Assembly (NCBI GenBank): GCA_965215275.1
Contig: OZ244044.1
Span: 768,001-832,000 of the forward strand
Direction: 5' to 3'
Origin: Thermodesulfobacteriota bacterium
GTDB taxonomy: Bacteria; Desulfobacterota_D; UBA1144; Nemesobacterales; JAJCZQ01
Length of the DNA stretch: 64,000 nt
Both the position numbers and the translations under genes were made by a program. Positions 11,049 through 19,909 of this stretch are shown here, piece by piece. Positions within the stretch are counted from its first letter, which is position 1, and each line of letters opens with the position of its first letter. Below the pieces are notes generated by a model. That model worked only from the letters and a program-made list of their open reading frames with translations. It searched no databases and was not told the DNA's origin.

Positions 11049-11939
11049 ATGAACGTAAAGATCATAGACTTGAAATTCTTTGGAAGTGAGACCATAGGGT
11101 CCTATCTCGTGGAAACGAAAGATGGACCTTTTATCATAGAGACCGGACCTGATTCCACTTTTTCCAACCTTGAAAAAGGACTATCAGAAAGCGGTTACGC
11201 GGTGGGGGATATAAAGAACGTTTTTGTCACCCACATACACCTTGACCACTCCGGAGCCGCGTGGAGATTTGCAAAGGAAGGTGCAACGGTCTACGTGCAT
11301 CCAAGAGGTGCACCACACCTTGTCAACCCTGAAAGGCTTATGGCGTCCGCAGCGATGATATATGGAGATAAAATGCAGGAGCTCTGGGGTACTGTCGAAG
11401 GAATAGATGAAGATAAAGTGGTCGCTGCTGAGGACGGACAGGTAATAAACATCGGAGAGTTTGAAATACAGGTGCATGAAACTACAGGACACGCCAATCA
11501 TCATAACGCCTACCTTGTGGAAGACGGACTTTTTACCGGTGACGTGGCAGGATGCCGAATCAGCAACGGACCTCCGATACCACCAACTCCCCCACCGGAC
11601 ATACACGTTGAAAGATGGCACAGCTCCGTGGATAAGATACGCAAGCTCGATCCAAAGTCCCTGTATCTCACGCATTTTGGAAAATTCACGGACGTGCACG
11701 AGCATCTGGACGCCGTGATGAAGACACTTGACGAATGGTCAGAGTGGATAGGTGAAAGAGTAAAGGAAGGAAGATCGGACAAGGAGATCATACCCGATTT
11801 TCTGAAGTTCTACAGAACGTACTTTGATAAAGCCGGCACGGAGAATTCCGAGTTCGATAAATATGAATCTGCCGACCCTCACTGGATGAACGTCGGGGGA
11901 CTTGTACGGTACTGGAACAAGTATAAACTCGCTGAATAA
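11049..11939 (+). CDS. MBL-fold metallo-hydrolase
   Basis: THIHLDHSG, TGHANHH, FTGD, THFG. Confidence 0.9.
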   Translation: MNVKIIDLKFFGSETIGSYLVETKDGPFIIETGPDSTFSNLEKGLSESGYAVGDIKNVFVTHIHLDHSGAAWRFAKEGATVYVHPRGAPHLVNPERLMASAAMIYGDKMQELWGTVEGIDEDKVVAAEDGQVINIGEFEIQVHETTGHANHHNAYLVEDGLFTGDVAGCRISNGPPIPPTPPPDIHVERWHSSVDKIRKLDPKSLYLTHFGKFTDVHEHLDAVMKTLDEWSEWIGERVKEGRSDKEIIPDFLKFYRTYFDKAGTENSEFDKYESADPHWMNVGGLVRYWNKYKLAE

Positions 11940-12116
11940 TGTACCACGGCTTAATGGGTTGTTGTTTTAAAATCAGGGAACTATATACTTTATTCACCAG
12001 AAAACGAGTAAGGAGTTAGTACAATAATCAAATTAAATTCAGACATAGAATTAGAAAAAAATAAGGAAACAGACATAAATATTTCCTGTGGAGATACCAA
12101 TACTTTAATTAAGAAA

Positions 12117-12782
12117 GTGCAGGATAATTCCATTGATCTGATCGCTACCGACCCTCCATATCAGATTAATTTTGAAAATAATAACTGGGATAAGAAAGAC
12201 GGACTGAATTGGAACTTTTTAGCAAGTGAGTTCGCAAGGGTTTTAAAACCAAGCGGGAGTTTAATTATTTTTCAAGGATGGTCTCACGTTGCTGATACCA
12301 AGGTTATTCTGGATAAATACTTTACATTAAAAAACTGGATCATCTACGACAGAGTAAAAGGACGAGGTGCCAAGACCAACCTGGTCTCAACACGGGAAGA
12401 TATACTTTGGTATGTAGTGGATGAAGATAATTATACGTTTAACAAGGTCAGTTCCAGCATTAAAAAGAAGACAAAGGGGATGGGATTAAAGAACGGCAAT
12501 GAATTCAGGGCATTATCAAACGTCTGGTCCGACATTCCTCCACTTGTTCCCTGGAGCCAGGAAAGAGTGGATCATCCTACTCAAAAACCGCTGTATTTAA
12601 TGGATAGAATAATCAGAATATATTCAAATGAACATGATACGGTATTAGATCCTTTTTTAGGAAGCGGAACTACATCGGTTGCCTGTAAACTACTGAACAG
12701 AAACTGTATTGGTTTTGAATCAGAAAAAGAATACTTTCAGATAAACAAGGAAAGAATTAGCCATTATGGAAGACTTATTTAG
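12117..12782 (+). CDS. Beta-class DNA methyltransferase
   Basis: TDPPY, HPTQKP, DPFLGSGTT; frame is open upstream to about 12012 (possible non-canonical or mutated start ATA 12024 after AAGGAG). Confidence 0.9.
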   Translation: MQDNSIDLIATDPPYQINFENNNWDKKDGLNWNFLASEFARVLKPSGSLIIFQGWSHVADTKVILDKYFTLKNWIIYDRVKGRGAKTNLVSTREDILWYVVDEDNYTFNKVSSSIKKKTKGMGLKNGNEFRALSNVWSDIPPLVPWSQERVDHPTQKPLYLMDRIIRIYSNEHDTVLDPFLGSGTTSVACKLLNRNCIGFESEKEYFQINKERISHYGRLI

Positions 12783-13344
12783 AGATGGCATACTCAATTT
12801 AAATACTCGCCAGTTTGGAACTGCTGTAGAGCTTATTGTTGTACTGTTAAAACGTTATAGGAAAAGCAATCAGCTTGATTGTGATTTAATTGATCCAGAA
12901 ACCAATAAAAAAATAGAAGTAAAATCTTCAAGAGTTTATAAAAAGCAGTCTTTAAATTTTACTTTGGATAATCTATACGATTTAATTGTTAATAACACAA
13001 ACAGAAATCGTTTGTTAAGGCAGGATCAGGCAACACAAGAAAAGTTTGATTGCAATATACAACAGGTCAAAACAGATCTATTTGATACACTTTATTATTT
13101 ATTATTTTTCTATGATGTTATTGAAGTGTTTAAAATTGAAAATGAAGAAATACAAAAAGATGTGAATTTGAATTATAGTAATAGGCAACATAGAGGAAAC
13201 GAAGGAGAAGGTCAGTTTCACATAACACAAAAAAATTATAAATATCATAGAAATAAATACTTTATTCAGTCAATAACATATGAAGAGATTAAAAAACTAT
13301 TATTAAATAAGGAGTATTTTAATATAAAAAGAAGATCAAAATGA
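12766..13344 (+). CDS. Putative Type II restriction endonuclease (PD-(D/E)XK)
   Basis: Overlaps the MTase gene; CDLID...IEVKSS motif. Confidence 0.65.
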   Translation: MEDLFRDGILNLNTRQFGTAVELIVVLLKRYRKSNQLDCDLIDPETNKKIEVKSSRVYKKQSLNFTLDNLYDLIVNNTNRNRLLRQDQATQEKFDCNIQQVKTDLFDTLYYLLFFYDVIEVFKIENEEIQKDVNLNYSNRQHRGNEGEGQFHITQKNYKYHRNKYFIQSITYEEIKKLLLNKEYFNIKRRSK

Positions 13345-13556
13345 CAGAAAAAGAGAACTTATACAAATATATTTAATCCTCATATAACAGCAATGATGGA
13401 AGAGGTAGCTAAAGCTATATTCAGACCTAATGCTGAATTTAAAGAGAAATCTTTAAGAATGAAAACAAAAAACTAATAAAACTAAATAATAACTTTGGCG
13501 AACAAAGTATTTAGTTCCCAAAAATTATTGTTATTATATTTTCCTTTTTTTCTGAA

Positions 13557-13633
13557 CGGGGCGTGGCGCAGTTGGCTAGCGCGCAGCATTTGGGATGCTG
13601 AGGTCGGAGGTTCAAGTCCTCTCGCCCCGACCA
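13557..13633 (+). tRNA. tRNA-Pro (TGG)
   Basis: Acceptor stem CGGGGCG/CGCCCCG, anticodon arm CAGCA-TTTGGGA-TGCTG, GGTTCAAGTCC T-arm, encoded CCA. Confidence 0.97.
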
Positions 13634-13938
13634 ACACAAAACTGAACGAACCAGCGTTTGATTGAATCCTAGGGGTATTACTTAGAACTTCTCCCATATA
13701 TTCAGCTGTGATACCTTGTAGAGAGACAATTTTTTCTTAAAAAGCAAACAAGCGAATTAACCCCCTAAACAATAATAAAAACCATTAGAAACAAAAAGAG
13801 AGTATGGCAACTAAAGACAAGTAACTAAAACTAAGGGACTAAAATTGTCTTGAAATAATTTGTGATTATTTACTGTTAAAAACTCTATAGGGGCTCTGGA
13901 ACATTGCTTTTCCAGTTCATCTCTACCACATTTAGCTA

Positions 13939-14544
13939 TCAGTTATTATTTCTCTTCATTGGTCTGCTTAAATCATATACAGAATATTTTCTATCACGAA
14001 AAGTAACATCAATAAGATATTCTAAAAAATCAATGCATTCTATATTATCCCACTTTGTTACAGAAATTTTTCCGTATGGTTCAGGTAAATTATCAATAAT
14101 TCTAGCTGGCAAATAGGGATTCTCTTTTTCATACTCTTCTCTTGTGCCTGTTATCCAATTAGGAATCTCTGGATAATACTTTTTTTCATATTCTCTGTGA
14201 GCTGCATGAATGCTACCCTCCTTTACCTCTGGAAGGGTTATTACTAAAATACCAGATTTCTTATTCACTTTTCCATCATACATACTTGAATAAAGTTCCC
14301 AATCTATATGTTTTCGGGATTTAGTCTCTTCTCCTACAAGTAAAATTGTTACTGTAGAATCTTTTAAGTAATCATCTCTTATTTTTTCACGTATTTGCTG
14401 ATCGGTTAAATCTTCTTTTATATCCCCAGTATCAACAGAAGCATCTATAAAAATGTCATATTTTTCATTCATTTTAAGTAGTTCTTCCTTATAATATTGG
14501 TCATTTTCATGATGGTAACTAATAAAAACTTTATGCTTTCTCAT
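13939..14544 (-). CDS. TIR-like domain protein (ThsB / MTH538-DUF1863 type)
   Basis: KVFISYHH, IREKIRDDYLKDSTVTILLVG, HIDWEL (putative catalytic Glu). Confidence 0.85.
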   Translation of the reverse strand: MRKHKVFISYHHENDQYYKEELLKMNEKYDIFIDASVDTGDIKEDLTDQQIREKIRDDYLKDSTVTILLVGEETKSRKHIDWELYSSMYDGKVNKKSGILVITLPEVKEGSIHAAHREYEKKYYPEIPNWITGTREEYEKENPYLPARIIDNLPEPYGKISVTKWDNIECIDFLEYLIDVTFRDRKYSVYDLSRPMKRNNN

Positions 14545-15031
14545 TATACTCTCCTTTGTAATCTTCTATTTCTGTTAAATCCTCTACGCCTGCCATATCA
14601 GCAAGTAGCTTTGTATATTTACTAAGGTCCTTTTGAAGTTGAGAAAGTTCTTTTCTAAACTCATTACATTTATTTGGACAACTAAAAGCACCTGCCATAG
14701 ACTCTCTATGCCACTTTGCAGTAAAAGGCCTAATAATTTGGTTAAGAACGACAATTGCTATTTTGGTAAATGAAATGCATTTCTTCCCATGCTTTTTTAT
14801 GATTTTTCTTGTTAGAGGAAATATAGTATAAATGCTTTCAAGTGCTGTTTTTTCATCTCCATGTTCGTTTTGCAAAGCTTGCGTTGTCGTTCTAGTTAAA
14901 AGTTCAATATAAAGAGACCAAGCAGCATCTTTGTCTACATCATTTAAATCAAATTCTGCCTCAAGAACCGATATCTTTATTTTTAACTTAGACAATCCAA
15001 ATTTTTGAAGTTGTTCTCTAAAGTTCATCAC
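14531..15031 (-). CDS. Hypothetical all-helical protein coupled to the TIR gene
   Basis: 166 aa, overlaps the TIR start by 14 bp; AAWSLYIELLTR and RPFTAKWH segments. Confidence 0.7.
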   Translation of the reverse strand: MMNFREQLQKFGLSKLKIKISVLEAEFDLNDVDKDAAWSLYIELLTRTTTQALQNEHGDEKTALESIYTIFPLTRKIIKKHGKKCISFTKIAIVVLNQIIRPFTAKWHRESMAGAFSCPNKCNEFRKELSQLQKDLSKYTKLLADMAGVEDLTEIEDYKGEYNEKA

Positions 15032-15057
15032 AGTTATATACCATACACCTCCTTGAT

Positions 15058-16518
15058 TTAAGAACTAATTCGTGAAAAATCTTTTAAAATTCTATTAAAT
15101 TCTTTTCTATTATGTCTTCTAGAAATTTCTTCCAAAAAACTTTGATCATAAAATTCTATTTTCTTAAATTTTTTGTACTTTTCATTTATTGACTTGACCC
15201 AATCCTTATTTCTAAAAGAAACAATAAAGTAAATTTTTATCTCCTTTGAATCTCTTTTAGAGTTGCTCCAACGACCAAAAAAATAATATTTTTCTTCGAT
15301 CCACTTTTTTATCTCTCCATCTTTATTTCTAATGTTTGACCATGCCTTAGTTTCAATAATATAGCGATAGTTTTCATCTTCAAAATAGACATCTATTTCT
15401 CTTTTTACAGATTCTAATTTAACAATCTTTTCCATTCTAACCCCCGTATAATCCAGATCAAATAAAACTTTAGCCATCAAGTTAAAGAGATGCCCTCTAA
15501 TGTTATTGTCAATGCCTAGTTTTAAATCTATAAGTTTTTTAAAAGTCTCTTCTGCTTTTCCTATATTGATATTGTTTTTTATGTCGTTGTACAAACTCCT
15601 TAATTCTTCTAAAGCTATAAGGAGTTCATCACCCCCAAAGGTTTTTGCAGAAATAGTCATAAAGCCTTTAGAACGTAACTCATATAAAAGAGGCTCTGCC
15701 ATGCTTTGAAAGAATATAGCAGGAATAAATCTTGTACTTCTTTTCTGGAACTTAGTTAATTCAAACTTTTTTAAAACCGGTTTGATGTTGTGTTCGTTTA
15801 TTCTACTTCCTAAAAGAATATCGCAACAAATAAATCCATTCAATTTACCCCTCTTTACTCCATCAAGATAAGTAGGTCCAACCAAACTCCAATGACAGCT
15901 TCCATACTTAGGAATTTCATTATCTGTTCTAACTTTAATTGCACCTTTCGAGGAAAAATTTAGATTAACAAATAAGATCTTTAGTTGTTCTAAAATTCTA
16001 TCTTCTATAGCAAGATAAAATTTTGATTCTGAATAAGATGACAAAGTTTTATCATACAAGTAGTAAAATGTTTTTTCTGACTCGTCATCTTTATCTTTCT
16101 TTATCATTTCAACTTTCTCTAACGACTCCACCGCATCCTGAAAAAGTTTTCGATTCTGTGCATTGTTAGTTGGAAGTCCTGAGGCTATAGGCAGATACTT
16201 TGCTAAACATATTCCCCCTCTACTTTCTAAAGCGTTTAAAATGAGAACTTCTGCCATACTGTACTTATCACAATATTGGTGAAACTTCTGTTTATTTTGA
16301 CAATCTAATTCATACAAATAAAAAAACTTTTGATTATGTTTAAAGTTAAAACCTTCTATTTTTTTTACAGGAACAGATATTCTGTCAAGGGCTTTTGGGG
16401 CAGAGGTAGATGTCATATTGTATCTAGTTTTAAGTTCTTCTATAATTTCACCAGATAGTAATGGACCATTTGCCAAAATGTTTGCTATTTTTTCGTTATT
16501 AGTATTTGTCATAACCAA
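15058..16518 (-). CDS. Hypothetical protein with wHTH-like N-terminus and C-terminal PD-(D/E)XK-like nuclease
   Basis: REIDVYF...IIETKAW motif near the C-terminus; co-oriented with the TIR operon. Confidence 0.6.
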   Translation of the reverse strand: MVMTNTNNEKIANILANGPLLSGEIIEELKTRYNMTSTSAPKALDRISVPVKKIEGFNFKHNQKFFYLYELDCQNKQKFHQYCDKYSMAEVLILNALESRGGICLAKYLPIASGLPTNNAQNRKLFQDAVESLEKVEMIKKDKDDESEKTFYYLYDKTLSSYSESKFYLAIEDRILEQLKILFVNLNFSSKGAIKVRTDNEIPKYGSCHWSLVGPTYLDGVKRGKLNGFICCDILLGSRINEHNIKPVLKKFELTKFQKRSTRFIPAIFFQSMAEPLLYELRSKGFMTISAKTFGGDELLIALEELRSLYNDIKNNINIGKAEETFKKLIDLKLGIDNNIRGHLFNLMAKVLFDLDYTGVRMEKIVKLESVKREIDVYFEDENYRYIIETKAWSNIRNKDGEIKKWIEEKYYFFGRWSNSKRDSKEIKIYFIVSFRNKDWVKSINEKYKKFKKIEFYDQSFLEEISRRHNRKEFNRILKDFSRISS

Positions 16519-16995
16519 AAATGTCCTTCTCCTATGTTTGTATTTGGATTAATAATAAGTGTCAAGAAAATAAAAATTTAACTAATAAAATCAACAAGTT
16601 ATATCTTTATTTGATTCATGTTGTTGTCCATCTGATTTTTGAAGCGATTATCAGCATCACTGGTCATCACATGATACTCCTTCTCTGATGGGTAGAGGTG
16701 GATTACAGTTTTTTGGTTTTCCTACACCATAAAAGCTTCAGAGAATTGGCGTTTTTGCTTTTAGATCCTGCTACTGAATCAAGTAAAAATACAAAAATCA
16801 ACAAGATAGAAATTTTCGTGCGTATCTTTGTTTTCTTGACCATTTCAAAATTTTTTCTGAAAGGAACCTGTACATCCTGCCAGAAAATATCAAGGCCATT
16901 AAATTAAAAAAAGCCCTTCACGTATATCTTTGTAGCCTTGCTAAATTCCTCAAACCGGTAAAAACCATACCAAGTTAAGGTATTATTATAGGAAT

Positions 16996-18024
16996 ATGGA
17001 ATTTTACGTACTGGGGATAGAATCATCGTGTGACGAAACGGCAGCCGCTGTTGTAAAGAACGGCAGGGATATAGTTTCAAACGTGGTCGCTTCACAGGAA
17101 TCGGTTCATACAAAGTACGGTGGGGTGGTCCCGGAGGTAGCATCCAGAATGCACCTTGAGTCAATTCTGCCAGTTGTTGACAGTGCACTGAACGAAGCAA
17201 AGCTAAGTTTTACCGACCTTGGCGGAATAGCCGTTACGCAAGGTCCTGGGCTCATCGGTTCGCTTCTTGTCGGACTTGCCGCTGCAAAAACGCTTGCATT
17301 TGCACGTGATAAACCCCTGATCGGAGTAAATCACCTTGAAGCTCACATATCGGCAGTTCATCTGGAAAATAAGGTCGATTTCCCATTTACGGCACTGATA
17401 GCGTCAGGGGGACACACGAACCTGTTTTATGTTAACGGCTATACGGACTTTGAACCGATCAGCAGAACAAGGGACGATGCCGCAGGAGAGGCTTTTGATA
17501 AAGCCGCCAAACTAATGGGACTGGGCTATCCCGGTGGAGTGATAATCGATAAGATGGCTGCACTTGGCGACCCTGAAAGATACAAGTTCCCGATCCCTCT
17601 GAACAAAAAAGACTCCTTTGACTTCAGCTTCAGCGGGATCAAGACCTCTTTATCCAACTTTATAAAAAAGAACGATATTAAAAGCGAGAACGACCTCAGG
17701 GACGTCTGTGCGGGATATCAGGAAGCAATAGTAAAAAGCCTGACAGGCAAGACGTTTAAAGCCGCGGAAAAGTATAAAACAGATAAAATAGTTATCTGCG
17801 GCGGTGTGGCATGTAACTCAAGACTGAGATACCTGGCAGATGAATCAGGTAAGAAACTCGGAATTGAAGTCCTTTACCCTTCCCTGCCCTTATGCACCGA
17901 TAACGCCTCAATGATAGCGTCAATGGGATACTTCAGACTTACAGAGGGTGAATCGTCCAGCCTGCGTATTTCTCCCTACTCCACTTCCAGACCGAAAATA
18001 ATCCGCGGACAAGCGAGTTTCTGA
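16996..18024 (+). CDS. tsaD: tRNA N6-adenosine threonylcarbamoyltransferase
   Basis: LGIESSCDET, GGVVPE, HLEAH, SGGHT, DDAAGEAFDK, CTDNA. Confidence 0.97.
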   Translation: MEFYVLGIESSCDETAAAVVKNGRDIVSNVVASQESVHTKYGGVVPEVASRMHLESILPVVDSALNEAKLSFTDLGGIAVTQGPGLIGSLLVGLAAAKTLAFARDKPLIGVNHLEAHISAVHLENKVDFPFTALIASGGHTNLFYVNGYTDFEPISRTRDDAAGEAFDKAAKLMGLGYPGGVIIDKMAALGDPERYKFPIPLNKKDSFDFSFSGIKTSLSNFIKKNDIKSENDLRDVCAGYQEAIVKSLTGKTFKAAEKYKTDKIVICGGVACNSRLRYLADESGKKLGIEVLYPSLPLCTDNASMIASMGYFRLTEGESSSLRISPYSTSRPKIIRGQASF

Positions 18025-18031
18025 CCGGCTT

Positions 18032-18349
18032 TCAATCGTTATAATCGACCACCCTTCTCTCGGTCCTTATCTGCGAAACAAGTTCTGCTACCTTAACGTG
18101 ATCGGGATGCTTCTGATAGATCTCCAGGTCTTCCTTCGTATCGAAAGATGAATAAAGGACCACGTCGCAGGCTGCTTCTGACCCGCTGAAGTTGATCCCG
18201 ACCTCCATCGTTCTTATCTGACCGATCTTTCCCTTGAGACCTTCAAGTGCTTCCTTTAACTTTAACGATAATTCGCTCTTATTCAGCCCATCATGACCGT
18301 CCTTTATCTTCCACATAACAACGTGCTTGACCATCTCTGAAACCTCCAA
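18032..18349 (-). CDS. Dabb-family stress-responsive alpha/beta barrel protein
   Basis: VKHVVMWK...YQKHPDH...VDY. Confidence 0.85.
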   Translation of the reverse strand: MEVSEMVKHVVMWKIKDGHDGLNKSELSLKLKEALEGLKGKIGQIRTMEVGINFSGSEAACDVVLYSSFDTKEDLEIYQKHPDHVKVAELVSQIRTERRVVDYND

Positions 18350-18487
18350 GTTTATTTTTTCATTTATATTACCTACGGCGAAAGGTGGTGCAACGCAGCA
18401 GGGTTTTTCTTTCCGGCACTGAACGTTTTTGCTCTCACTTAAATGCCGCGTGCCAGTGGTACGAAAACACAGAACAGGAACAGATCA

Positions 18488-18838
18488 TCAGGACGTGATC
18501 AAAGTCCACATCTTTCTTTCCGTCTTCATTCCCCAGCTGGGTATCAGCAGAACGAATTCATCCACGCTCAAACCCGTCCGCACCGGGCTGAAAACGATCT
18601 TTCTTCGGCTCATATACCTTACCTCAACGTCCCCTTTTTCAATTAATGACAGATGTCCACCTGGTTCTCGCTGGTCCTGACCCTCTTCACTTGACATCTC
18701 TATTGCCAGTCTTTTAAGGTTCTTTCTTACTGAATTGGAGTTCGGTATGACCCAGTTCATTACCTTCCCCGAGATCTTCAGGGTTAACTCCAAGTGCGGC
18801 TTGCCGGACTGACACCGGTAAAGACTGAAGCTATCCAT
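18488..18838 (-). CDS. Small protein with weak resemblance to the LigD 3'-phosphoesterase domain (degenerate)
   Basis: HLELTL..GKVMNWVIP...KRLAIE resembles HYDFRL..GVLKSWAVP...KRLAV. Confidence 0.4.
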   Translation of the reverse strand: MDSFSLYRCQSGKPHLELTLKISGKVMNWVIPNSNSVRKNLKRLAIEMSSEEGQDQREPGGHLSLIEKGDVEVRYMSRRKIVFSPVRTGLSVDEFVLLIPSWGMKTERKMWTLITS

Positions 18839-19595
18839 TTATCTTGTACAAATACAGGAGGCCTTTCAGGGTGAGGTCATTATCCACCTCTTCTATCCTT
18901 TCCGACTCTTGCGCGATCAGACCTGCAAGTCCCCCCGTGGCAATGACTTTTGGCTTATCACCTAAACTCCTGCTTATCTTGTCTATCAAGCCGTCAACTA
19001 ACGCAGCATAGCCATAAACTATGCCGGACTGAATGCTCTCAACCGTATTTCTTCCAATAAGGTTTGCGGGTTTTATAAATTCGACCCTGGGAAGTTTGGA
19101 CGCTCTATGAAAAAGCGCGTCCGAAGATATAGTTATTCCCGGTGAGATAACACCTCCAAGATATTCACCTTTTTCCGATACGCAGTCAAAGGTCGTGGCA
19201 GTTCCGAAGTCAACTATTATCAAGCTCTTTTTATACTCCTGAAACGCTGCAACCGAATTGGCGATCCTGTCCGCTCCCACCTCGTCAGGATTATCGTACA
19301 AGATATTCAGTCCCGTTCTTATATCATTACCGACCATCAGAGGCTGCATATTAAAATACCTTCTGACCGTCTCTATAAAAACGTCATAAAGCTGAGGAAC
19401 CACACAGGAAATAATAGATGCGCTCAGGCTGTCTGCCTTAATACCGTTCTTTTCTATCAGATCTGATAAAAGAACGGCGTATTCATCTGCGGTTTTGTTC
19501 TTATCCGTACTTATCCTGAACGTTAACAGCGGAACTTCGTCCTTATAAATTCCCGCAACTATATTTGTATTACCAACGTCTATGGCCAACAGCAT
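18831..19595 (-). CDS. coaX: Type III pantothenate kinase
   Basis: LAIDVGNTN, VGADR, VDFGTATT, ATGG. Confidence 0.95.
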   Translation of the reverse strand: MLLAIDVGNTNIVAGIYKDEVPLLTFRISTDKNKTADEYAVLLSDLIEKNGIKADSLSASIISCVVPQLYDVFIETVRRYFNMQPLMVGNDIRTGLNILYDNPDEVGADRIANSVAAFQEYKKSLIIVDFGTATTFDCVSEKGEYLGGVISPGITISSDALFHRASKLPRVEFIKPANLIGRNTVESIQSGIVYGYAALVDGLIDKISRSLGDKPKVIATGGLAGLIAQESERIEEVDNDLTLKGLLYLYKING

Positions 19596-19909
19596 GGACT
19601 TTTATTATTCTCTATTTTTACCATAAATTAAAGAACGGTCTTTAAAAAGCTGCGAATTTCCTGTCATTCTTTTTCCCGTAAAACTTTAATGATAATTGGA
19701 CTGTTCCCTTACTCTCAAACAGGAATCAAAAATACAACTACAGATTTTTTCAGTATGAGATATCATTCATCCACTTGACATTCGTTCATAATACCTGGTA
19801 AAATAAAAGAGTTATGAAAAATCCAAATATAAAAAATGTAGTTCCATTACCCCACCCCCCCCCGTGTATACCTGAACTTTCAGTTATATATAAGTATTTT
19901 GTAAGAACA

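Larger units (their letters stand above)
11976..13519. mobile_element. IS1595-like TIR-bounded cassette carrying a Type II R-M pair
   Basis: GGGAACTATATACTTTATTCACCA (11976) is inverted to the end at 13496-13519 (rc GGGAACTAAATACTTTGTTCGCCA); flanks TAAAATCA / AAAAATTA; 13341-13519 is homologous to the rc of 59824-60000. Confidence 0.75.

Noticed and set aside
13482..13697. 71-aa minus-strand ORF (and 50890-51114)
   Set aside because: Antisense shadows of tRNA genes
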